Source of the DNA: Giardia intestinalis
Lineage: Eukaryota
Length of the DNA stretch: 64,000 bases
Assembly (NCBI GenBank): GCA_000002435.2
Contig: CM018791.1
Strand: one strand, 5' to 3'
The notes beneath the pieces were generated by a model that had not been told where the DNA came from, searched no databases, and was given only the letters and a program-made list of their open reading frames with translations. This document shows, piece after piece, positions 10,667-19,274 of this stretch; within the stretch, counting starts at the first letter, position 1; every line of letters begins with the position of its first letter. The position numbers and the translations under genes are program-made.

Positions 10667-11572
10667 ATGGACCTACCTGACATTCAGCTGCGGGAAGACG
10701 TCTACGACATCTCTCAGAATAATCAGAATGACGGGAACCTCTTCCAGAACGGTGCCCTGGCCCCTTCGAATTCACTCTTGGCGACGTCCTTGGAGTCGCT
10801 TTCCTTCCAGCTGGCCCGCCAAAAACAGGTTGCAGGCGGTCAGGTACCGGACTTTGACGTGCTCGCCACGCGTCTTACCGAGTTGGCAACCTTCGCAGCT
10901 TCAGATGTTGTTGATTTAAAGTCCTACGTTGAGGTCATAAACAGCAACGCATCCGTGGCTGTAAAGATAAACGCTTACTACTTGGCGTCTATGAAGGCGT
11001 GCGCGCATTCCCAGCGTAACTATCGTATGACGTTGGCCTCTTTACGCGAGGATCTTGTTAGAACTTGTGCAGAGGTAGACCCCGCCTTTTGGGTGACCTA
11101 CTTCTCTAAGGTAACCTTCCCGATAAAGCTGACGGAGAATGATAAGAAGCATCTGATGATGGTAGACAATGCCTTTGTCGAGTATGTGGAGGCCGATTAC
11201 GAGGAGCTTGGTGCGGTTCTGCTCAAAGAGGAGACGTGCACTGCCCCGGTCTCCCAGGCCCACCTCCCGGGCTTCCGCATCAACTTCCAGTTTAAGGACA
11301 GGTCCGTCATTTCTAGTACGTGTCGCTACCAACTAGACTCGACTATTAGCTTAGTCGTAGAGCGCAATGTGGCAGGGCCAGATGCCCTAGGGGTCCTTAA
11401 TTCCCTGGGCACTAACTACTACGGCCTCTTTTCTATCTTCTGCCCGCCCTCGTCTGCAGACCTAGACCCTAATAATGGCAACGTTAGCGCCCACCAGATC
11501 GCGCTGACTCGGGCAAAGAAGATCGTTGAGACGGCTGTTATCTTAAAGGCGGCCCTTACCGACCATGTCTAG
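10667..11572 (+). CDS. Hypothetical protein, 301 aa.
   Basis: ORF with an ATG start. An AGTAAAC poly(A) signal lies 20 nt downstream of the stop (gcgaggcGAGTAAACg). Confidence 0.45.
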   Translation: MDLPDIQLREDVYDISQNNQNDGNLFQNGALAPSNSLLATSLESLSFQLARQKQVAGGQVPDFDVLATRLTELATFAASDVVDLKSYVEVINSNASVAVKINAYYLASMKACAHSQRNYRMTLASLREDLVRTCAEVDPAFWVTYFSKVTFPIKLTENDKKHLMMVDNAFVEYVEADYEELGAVLLKEETCTAPVSQAHLPGFRINFQFKDRSVISSTCRYQLDSTISLVVERNVAGPDALGVLNSLGTNYYGLFSIFCPPSSADLDPNNGNVSAHQIALTRAKKIVETAVILKAALTDHV

Positions 11573-11655
11573 TTGCGAGGCGAGTAAACGAAATTTGATG
11601 GCCACAAAAGCATAAAATCTGGAAAAATCTAAAAATATAAGGTGCAAGAGAGTCG

Positions 11656-13197
11656 ATGGAGTATCAGGACATTAGTTTAGATCAGCCGGATCCCGTTCCA
11701 AGTTTCCATCTTTGCATTGATGGGATTACCCGGCACATGCAGGCCTATGAGTCCTCTCTGTTTGCACTTGAAGCAGAAAACCGCATTCTTAGGGAGCGCG
11801 TCACGTACCTCACCCAACAACTGGAAAGCGCTAAGCAACAGCTAATCCACGGGTCTCAAGGCGTGACACTAAAGAACCGTACGTCCCTTGTCACCGATAC
11901 GCAAACTACTCTTGCTAATCTAGGTAATCTAAAGAGCGCATACTCTAACGTTATCCCTGCCCCGCCTGATGACCAAGCCAAGATACGTTCAGCTAGCAGC
12001 GATACGGCGACGCAGCTTCGCGTCTCTCCTGGAAAGCGGCTTCCATCCAAGCAGCTGACGCATCTCCGAACGCTCCAGATGCACTCGCGCGCGGTCTCTG
12101 CCGTTACCTGGGTTCAGGATTTCTTCATAACGGCGTCTCGCGACGCCTCGTGCCGCGTCTGGTATGTTCCCAAGGAGCAATCCGACTCTTCTAGGCCTGG
12201 GCCGCTTATGACATATCGGACGGCAGCCCCTCTGACCTCGGCGCGGTGCATTTCCAATCGCTACCTGATGCTTTCCAACACATCCTCCGAGGTCATCGTA
12301 CACAGCGTCTCAGCGCCTGCAATCGCATCCCTCGGTGTATATGCAAACGTGGAGAGCATGAACAGCACACTCATCAGGACAGAGACAGACGAGAAGTCCC
12401 TCAGCTTTAAGTCTCCTGTGTGGTCCATAGTCGAGCTAGACGGCCACGCCGTGTGTGTAGGGGCGGGATTTGCTGCACTTGTCGAGTTCAACGGAGAAAA
12501 ATGTGCTATTACGAAGACCATCAGACTTTTAGATCCGTTCTGTCCCAAGAACGACGAGCCAATGCTCTGTAGCTTTGTGACACGCGTGGGAGGAACCATA
12601 ATTGCCACTATTCGTGAGAGGTATATTAAGGCTGACGATTTACAGCCGCCAGGCTTCATTCCAGACCCGGCAGATGTCGTAAATTATCGCCGATCTGGAA
12701 TGCGTCTTGTCAAGATCAATCCAGAGGCGCTATCCAATAACGCCACAGTCGTTACATTTACCACGCAGAGTATGCAATGCATACAGGTAACAGGCTTGGC
12801 ACCCATATTTAATACGCACGTAATAGTTTCCACGACAACTCCAGACACGAAACTTTTATCATACAGAGTTGACGATCACTCTTCCGGAGCAATAAAAGTG
12901 ATATCAGCCACAGAATGCAATGACAGTGACATTTTTACTGCCATTTCAACGTGTGATGGATACGTGGTAACGGCAGTGAATGCAGCGATCAACGCACATC
13001 CACGCATCTACATCTTCCAGGCACACCTTCCACAAAATAGAGACGCCCCCATCGAGCTCAAGCGTGTAGATACCGCCGTTCTTGATTCTGTGTACGGGTC
13101 AATTACCGCCATAGGCACACGCAGGGTGGAGGATGGGATCGTTGTAGTGCTGTGCGGGTGTGACGGGGATATTCATGTGAAGTGCTACGGGATTTAA
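11656..13197 (+). CDS. Hypothetical protein with an N-terminal coiled-coil and at least one WD40-like repeat (HSRAVSAVTWVQDFFITASRDASCRVWYV).
   Basis: ORF with an ATG start. The motif H-x-x-x-V...ASxDxSxRVW is typical of WD repeats. Confidence 0.45.
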   Translation: MEYQDISLDQPDPVPSFHLCIDGITRHMQAYESSLFALEAENRILRERVTYLTQQLESAKQQLIHGSQGVTLKNRTSLVTDTQTTLANLGNLKSAYSNVIPAPPDDQAKIRSASSDTATQLRVSPGKRLPSKQLTHLRTLQMHSRAVSAVTWVQDFFITASRDASCRVWYVPKEQSDSSRPGPLMTYRTAAPLTSARCISNRYLMLSNTSSEVIVHSVSAPAIASLGVYANVESMNSTLIRTETDEKSLSFKSPVWSIVELDGHAVCVGAGFAALVEFNGEKCAITKTIRLLDPFCPKNDEPMLCSFVTRVGGTIIATIRERYIKADDLQPPGFIPDPADVVNYRRSGMRLVKINPEALSNNATVVTFTTQSMQCIQVTGLAPIFNTHVIVSTTTPDTKLLSYRVDDHSSGAIKVISATECNDSDIFTAISTCDGYVVTAVNAAINAHPRIYIFQAHLPQNRDAPIELKRVDTAVLDSVYGSITAIGTRRVEDGIVVVLCGCDGDIHVKCYGI

Positions 13198-13255
13198 ATT
13201 TAATGCTGCTTCAGAGTTAATTCAGAGCCTGTGAACATTAGTTGGCAGAGATTGA

Positions 13256-14854
13256 CTACAGCCTCGACTTTGCCTCCATAACCTCCTTTCTGAACCTCTT
13301 ATCAGTTATGTACTCGTTTAGGACCCTGTTGATTGTGCGCATATAAAAGCGCTGTTGCGCTATTTGCAAGGTGTAAACAAACAGGACCAGGACAGCTATT
13401 GCTACAAGCAGAAGCACAATCATCGCTATGATAAATGTCTTGTTACTGTAATGAAACGTAACAGCTATGGTATCGCGGACAAGGTTGGAGCCGTTGCGAC
13501 GCTTTATGAGTAGATAGTTGTCGGGCTTTGGCAAAATGCCGTCAGTAGATGTAAGGCCTATATACTTGCAATCTCGTGTGTTAAGATCTGCAAAATCCAA
13601 AGCTATATACAGGTCTAGGAGCACGTCCCTGTACTTGTGAGTCGTTTGTAGATAGATCTTGTAATTACAGCCCATGGTGTTGTCACAATAGAAGATTGGA
13701 CGAAGATCGACGGTCGTTCTATTTTCTAATATGTACTGCAGCGTGAGGCACGTCTCAAATTTCATTGGAAGGACTGGCGTGCTATCATCAGTTATAGGCT
13801 CCTCGAAGTTGTTTGTGCGGAGAATGCAAATCTTTTCTGAAAAGGGGAAGTGTCTGCTTACCAATGCGTTTGCGTAAAGATTGACAGAGGCAGGCATCCC
13901 GTTGCCTGCAAGGGAAAAGTTCACCGAGGTCGCTGTGGAGGAAAATGATAGTAGATAGGAGAGTGAACGATGCTCCGTGGTCCCATCAAGGTTCGTTATT
14001 GGCCCAGGGCGCTGGATACAGTGGTATACATCGACAGACCCTAAGCCGGTAAACTTACCATAAACTATGGAGATGTATTCTGGGCTTGGGAGCTTTTTAA
14101 TGCTAAGAAGCTTGCCGGCGTCAAACACATAGTCGGAGTTGGGAAGCATGGTGCATGCTTCAAAACTCTTGATGAACCTACGATAGAGATAGAAGCCCAT
14201 TAACCAACAGATAACTGTAAGTATGACAAACCCGACGAGGTAGAGAAGTGAAACATATGCAGCGATCTGGCCTCTCCACGATTTCGAGTACTCTAGCTTG
14301 CAGTTCATGATCAACTCATTGAAAATTGAGTGATTCTCTGGCAGAACAGTGTACCTTTTTGCTATTTCTCTTAGACGCTGATCGTAGAAATATTGCCATC
14401 GACAATACATGCTTCTGAAAGGCGGCAAGTTGTCCAGCGAAACGTTGCCTTCATTCTTGCAGTCAACGTTAGAATCAGCAGCGCTATATTCACTGGACTC
14501 GCTAGTGGAGCTAATAATGCTGGTGACGCTCTCTAGACTCTTGTGAGTGGTGCTTGATAGCCCTCTTTTTTCTGTTTTGGCAGTGGCCGTTGATGCTGCT
14601 GTTAGTGCCGTGCTGTTGGAGTGGGGATCGGTGATGGTATCTGTCTGCGTGCTGTACATATGCGTATTAAAAAGAGCCATCTCTTCTTGTTGTGGGACGT
14701 AAGTTCCTGCTATTTGCTTGGACAAGAATCCGGGCCGTTTAGATCGATGTTTGGTGGGTGCGTTTGGGTTTGGGCTTGGTAGTTTGGATACTGGGCTGGC
14801 CTTTCTTTTACCTCTTTTTGAAGAAGCACTCTGTAAACCAGGATTGTCACGCAT
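13256..14854 (-). CDS. Hypothetical membrane protein with two transmembrane segments (IAAYVSLLYLVGFVILTVICWLMGFYLY and IIAMIVLLLVAIAVLVLFVYTL) and a basic Ser/Pro-rich N-terminus.
   Basis: ORF with an ATG at 14854. Hydrophobic segments seen directly. Confidence 0.45.
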   Translation of the reverse strand: MRDNPGLQSASSKRGKRKASPVSKLPSPNPNAPTKHRSKRPGFLSKQIAGTYVPQQEEMALFNTHMYSTQTDTITDPHSNSTALTAASTATAKTEKRGLSSTTHKSLESVTSIISSTSESSEYSAADSNVDCKNEGNVSLDNLPPFRSMYCRWQYFYDQRLREIAKRYTVLPENHSIFNELIMNCKLEYSKSWRGQIAAYVSLLYLVGFVILTVICWLMGFYLYRRFIKSFEACTMLPNSDYVFDAGKLLSIKKLPSPEYISIVYGKFTGLGSVDVYHCIQRPGPITNLDGTTEHRSLSYLLSFSSTATSVNFSLAGNGMPASVNLYANALVSRHFPFSEKICILRTNNFEEPITDDSTPVLPMKFETCLTLQYILENRTTVDLRPIFYCDNTMGCNYKIYLQTTHKYRDVLLDLYIALDFADLNTRDCKYIGLTSTDGILPKPDNYLLIKRRNGSNLVRDTIAVTFHYSNKTFIIAMIVLLLVAIAVLVLFVYTLQIAQQRFYMRTINRVLNEYITDKRFRKEVMEAKSRL

Positions 14855-14896
14855 TAAGGAGCAAACTTTTCCAGCAGATATCTAAAATTTTAATCA

Positions 14897-17356
14897 ATGT
14901 CTCAAATCGAGGTTCCTCCACGCTCCTTACTCTGCAAGCATTTTGCAACCGAGGGCTCCCCTGATGTCTTCGACACAGCAGTCCAAACACTCTACACGCG
15001 TTTCTTCAACTCCATGCGCAAGATTGTTGCTGCCACAACCGGTCAATCTCATTTGGCTGCCCCTAAAATGTGCACTAGAGACACACAAACGTATTCGTTT
15101 AAGAACGCTATAGTACAAACCAAGCGAGAGGCCTTCACTCAGCCACAGAGAAGCACCCTACTAAATTCTGACAAAACGCCGGGAGAATACACTATGATCG
15201 GTCGGTCCGACCGTTACGAAACATCTGAGAAGTATCTACGGCGCAGAGACGCGGCCATCATTCTTATACAAGCGTGTTGGCGACGGTACAAGGCTATGTG
15301 CCGGGCAGATTCTATCCGTGTTGAGCGCGCTACGGTGCAGCAACAGCAGCAGGAGCTTGAAAATCAAACTGCCATAACTCGCGAGAAAGAGCGACAATTT
15401 CAACTGAACCGTCGCATCTGTCCTCGCACTTCTGAGGACTTTCAACTCCTGTACGATGAGGTGGCTGTTTGGGTTCGTCAGCAGACCTTTTCGATCAAGG
15501 AAGCAAATCTTCCTCCAGAGGCAAAACAGGCAAGCTTTGAGCTACTGCTAGAGAAGGAGACACGCCTTTTGCAGAATATCGATCTACTGAAGCGTCAAGC
15601 CCATTACTTAAACCGTTCTGACAGGGTCGGCCAGTTTTTCCACCGAATATCTAAGCCGCGAAAGTGGCAAATATCTGACGGAAGTTTTGTCGATGTGATG
15701 ACACCGTACAGTCTCAGAGCTGCTTCTTTGCGTGACCTATATTATGCCCTGGAAGAGTCTTCCTGCTTTGTTGGGCCGAATGCGGATACTATCAACTCTT
15801 GCGCAGGATACACAGTGACACCATCGTCAATCAGCAACTATCGAAAGACCATAGCAAGCAAATTCGAGGGCTCCATGATTGATCAGCGGCTGGACGTGCT
15901 TCTACAAGTTAAGTGGTGCCTAAAGGAGTTTGATTGTGACCTAACCAGAGAAGCCATTTCACTAATAGATAGGGAAGCCGATCTGCTAAGTAGAGGACGC
16001 TCTCAGACAAGTCTCGGAGGGCTCCGCAGGCGCCTTCTTGCTCTCTTTCTTCAGTTTGCAGAGACACCGGAATTTAATCCAGGGACACTAGAGCTCATCT
16101 CAGACGAGGCGGACTTGGTTTATAGGCCTAACACCTTGCCAATCATAGACTTTAGATCACTCAGTCCTTTGCATCGTGAAAAGCTTGCCCGTATCAAAAT
16201 GAGCAGACAACGCATGAAGCAGCTGAGCTCCGTGGATGAAGCCAGAGAGAAGATGCAACTCGTTGGCCGCGTCCCTACAGAGCCTGGAGCTGCTGACACT
16301 GCATATAAAGACTTATCCCACGTGGGGAAGTACGCCAGGCAAGACTCCGATACAGGCAGGTCGCCCATTTGCACTGATAGACCTGACGGCGCTGGCGATA
16401 GCGACAGTGACCTCTTCAATCCAAACATCGACCGGACCAACTTACGATTGGTTCACCTCAATTCTCCTTTGCGGAAGAAGTACCGTGGAATGTATGTGGA
16501 CGAGGACACATTTTGTGACTTTCCTGGAATAGGGATCCCACTGGTTTCTGAGGAGGCTTTTATCAACGATGGTATAAACTACGTGATAGAATACGTGGAT
16601 ACAAATACAGATGCAATGAAGATATTTGATGAGAACTACTATGGGGTAGGTCAATCCCCAGCAGGAGAGCAGGGCACTGTTTTGCCATCAACATTAGCAC
16701 CAAACCAAGCATTAGCAGAGCAAAGTACTATTTTAGAAGGAGAAGAGGGGTATGAAGAGAATTTAGATCATGATTTGATTAACGATAGTGGCTCGAGCGA
16801 CAGATATGGCCAGGGTCCCAACTTTGAGCCAGAAACAGTTGCGGTGATCGCACATCACCTTCACGGAGATGACCCAGATATTTTGGGTCACGTTATTGCT
16901 CAATCTGGGGAGGAGGCCGTTACTCCTCAGGATGAACGGAAGGATCTAGATGAATCCCTAAAGGTGGGTCACGTGGACATGGACGATGCTCCGATACGAG
17001 AGATAGAAGAGCAGGATATGGAAAGCATAGAAGATGATGAAGATATGCTACTTGAGGATATCGATAACGAGGCAGATATGAATGGTGCGCGTGGAGTCAC
17101 TAATGAGGGTTTTCGCAATGTAGACAATCTAAATCTAGTTGAAAGTATTGAAAACGCAGGACATGTGATTGATTCTCGCGTGAACTTTGAGGAACTTCGA
17201 GAGCACAGCGACCCAGGAGGCAGCAATAGCGATCCCGGAGTCGTGCTTAGCGAGGAACTTCCAGAAAACCAGGAGCTAAGGCCTGAAGGGCATCTAAATG
17301 AAAAGATCGATGAAGAAAACCGAGACGATGACTTCTTGGAGGACGAGATGGAGTAA
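14897..17356 (+). CDS. Hypothetical protein with an IQ calmodulin-binding motif (AAIILIQACWRRYKAMCRA) and a very acidic C-terminal third.
   Basis: ATG at 14897 preceded by aaattttaatcaATG. IQ consensus IQxxxRGxxxR-like motif. Acidic D/E-rich tail. Confidence 0.45.
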   Translation: MSQIEVPPRSLLCKHFATEGSPDVFDTAVQTLYTRFFNSMRKIVAATTGQSHLAAPKMCTRDTQTYSFKNAIVQTKREAFTQPQRSTLLNSDKTPGEYTMIGRSDRYETSEKYLRRRDAAIILIQACWRRYKAMCRADSIRVERATVQQQQQELENQTAITREKERQFQLNRRICPRTSEDFQLLYDEVAVWVRQQTFSIKEANLPPEAKQASFELLLEKETRLLQNIDLLKRQAHYLNRSDRVGQFFHRISKPRKWQISDGSFVDVMTPYSLRAASLRDLYYALEESSCFVGPNADTINSCAGYTVTPSSISNYRKTIASKFEGSMIDQRLDVLLQVKWCLKEFDCDLTREAISLIDREADLLSRGRSQTSLGGLRRRLLALFLQFAETPEFNPGTLELISDEADLVYRPNTLPIIDFRSLSPLHREKLARIKMSRQRMKQLSSVDEAREKMQLVGRVPTEPGAADTAYKDLSHVGKYARQDSDTGRSPICTDRPDGAGDSDSDLFNPNIDRTNLRLVHLNSPLRKKYRGMYVDEDTFCDFPGIGIPLVSEEAFINDGINYVIEYVDTNTDAMKIFDENYYGVGQSPAGEQGTVLPSTLAPNQALAEQSTILEGEEGYEENLDHDLINDSGSSDRYGQGPNFEPETVAVIAHHLHGDDPDILGHVIAQSGEEAVTPQDERKDLDESLKVGHVDMDDAPIREIEEQDMESIEDDEDMLLEDIDNEADMNGARGVTNEGFRNVDNLNLVESIENAGHVIDSRVNFEELREHSDPGGSNSDPGVVLSEELPENQELRPEGHLNEKIDEENRDDDFLEDEME

Positions 17357-17472
17357 GAAAGCGTGTCCTCAGTGTTCGGGATGAAGTTAAAGAGCCATAC
17401 CGGGGTTGAAAGACTTCTATGGTAAAATTGGTTGTACGTAGAAGAATGTTTCAAAAGGGTAGTACTGTTTGT

Positions 17473-18216
17473 TTACTCTGTCTGCACTGCAAGCTCCCCT
17501 AGGCGTCTATCCACCTCAATAGGAGTCAAGCGCTTGAGGCCGGTTTTGGTGTAAATGGCCACTTCGACGTCGTCCCCCGTGAGTCCGGTCGATATAACGT
17601 TCTGAAAGATCTTCAGGGCACAGTCTAGCCCCTTCTGTGTGCTTTCACAGATCCCGTTTGGAAAGCTCTTGACTTGTACAGTCAGGGCATCAGCGAGCTC
17701 AACCTCCTTTACACCAACTGCTATAGCGAAGTAACCCGTGTTGGTGCCTGCTGGATCTGTTTTAAATAGCAAAGATCGGTCCTGTTCTGGGTCCCATCCC
17801 GCAAACACCGCTATGTTTCCGAAGGGGCGTTGCCAGGCCTCTTGCGTATATATCTGGTTAATGTCTGCGAGACGGGTGCACAAAATGTCTGCTGTTGGTT
17901 GATAGTTCCACTTTCTGAAAAAGTCAACTGCCTCACTTCTGACTCGATCGATAACGCGACGACCGTCTGCAATGCGTCCGCATATCATGCACGCAGAAGT
18001 CTCGTTGATCTCGTGGATGAAGGTGTTGTTTGCTGTGTCAACCAACCGATCTGCACTTTGGAGCTGGGAGACAAGGACAACGCCATCGAGACAGCGAATG
18101 GCAACGTGGGACAGGCCGGAGGTCTTGACGGCCCGAAAAGCATATTCAACTTGAAATAGCTTCCCCTCTGGATTGAAAACGGTCAGCGCCTGGTCGAAGC
18201 CTTCAGTTGTTGACAT
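17473..18216 (-). CDS. 20S proteasome alpha-type subunit.
   Basis: The N-terminus MSTTEGFDQALTVFNPEGKLFQVEYAFRAV matches the alpha-subunit signature (YD..TVFSPEGRLFQVEYA). Length 247 aa. The stop codon is embedded in an AGTAAAC poly(A) signal (GAG-TAA-AC). Confidence 0.85.
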   Translation of the reverse strand: MSTTEGFDQALTVFNPEGKLFQVEYAFRAVKTSGLSHVAIRCLDGVVLVSQLQSADRLVDTANNTFIHEINETSACMICGRIADGRRVIDRVRSEAVDFFRKWNYQPTADILCTRLADINQIYTQEAWQRPFGNIAVFAGWDPEQDRSLLFKTDPAGTNTGYFAIAVGVKEVELADALTVQVKSFPNGICESTQKGLDCALKIFQNVISTGLTGDDVEVAIYTKTGLKRLTPIEVDRRLGELAVQTE

Positions 18217-18313
18217 TGCTCCTTATAGTTTTAAAAATTTAATGGTTCTTGTCACATATTTTGGCATTAAAAGATTAGAAATGATAACTGCGGGAACTTA
18301 AAGGAACTTTAAA

Positions 18314-19204
18314 ATGAGCAAACTTAACCTTGCCTCGCAGTACCAATCGCTCTGCTCCAGCATCCAGGGGCACCACACACCCCGGTCAGGGACACCATGG
18401 GGAACAATTTTGTCTGCTGCTGACCAATCTCAATCAGATTGCTCCTTTTCTATCGCGGAACCAAGAGAGCCGAGCTTTTGCCAGCGGAGTGCTCCGGCTG
18501 CTTGCTCTGATCCCTCACTCTTTACACCGAGGAGCAACTCTGTAGGCAATTTGCAAAGGATTGCGACTTCTGATTTACAACATGCACGGACAGCAGGCTC
18601 AAACATGCGTCCAAGGTGCATGCGATATACAGAAACGACCACAGTACGCTCTACATCTTGTTCTAAGGAAGACGGCTCCCAGCCCATAATACAAACAGTT
18701 CTAGTACCTTTGCCTCAGACCACGAAGCCACAGGTGCAGGTAGCCCGGACGAGCAGCCGTACCAGGACAGTCTATCCTGCTCCTCTTCCCCAGCTGCCCA
18801 CCTGTAGCACACCATTTTCTAAAAAGTGCTGGACTGAGTGGCGGTCAACTCCCGGCCCAGGAGAATACTCTGTCCAGTCACATAAGGCAATAGGAACCAA
18901 CAATCATGCACATAATTTTGGAGACGTCTATGTCAATGGAGTGCTCATTGAAAGAACAAGCAATGCGGTCCATGAGAAATTGGAACAGGAACGGCGCAGA
19001 CCAAACTTCTACTCATATTCGACCACTAAGAAATATGATAGTCCGTGCTATTTGATAAATCCTCTAGGTGAGCGTAAAGAAGGTGGAAAATTTCAAACAC
19101 GTGACCCGAAACAGACCCTCAGAGATGTTCGCTGCCACGACGGGGTCCGGCTCCGAGACATTATGCGGCAGAAGGCAGTGAAAGACATGGGTGTAACGTT
19201 TTGA
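18314..19204 (+). CDS. Hypothetical low-complexity (Ser/Pro/Thr/Arg-rich) protein.
   Basis: ORF with an ATG at 18314 after an AT-rich leader (ggaactttaaaATG). No domains recognised. Confidence 0.35.
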   Translation: MSKLNLASQYQSLCSSIQGHHTPRSGTPWGTILSAADQSQSDCSFSIAEPREPSFCQRSAPAACSDPSLFTPRSNSVGNLQRIATSDLQHARTAGSNMRPRCMRYTETTTVRSTSCSKEDGSQPIIQTVLVPLPQTTKPQVQVARTSSRTRTVYPAPLPQLPTCSTPFSKKCWTEWRSTPGPGEYSVQSHKAIGTNNHAHNFGDVYVNGVLIERTSNAVHEKLEQERRRPNFYSYSTTKKYDSPCYLINPLGERKEGGKFQTRDPKQTLRDVRCHDGVRLRDIMRQKAVKDMGVTF

Positions 19205-19274
19205 TTAGAATGTGAATTATTTTATTCTGCGAGGTGGACCTGCACTGGTATCTCTCCAATCATGGTTAGAATCC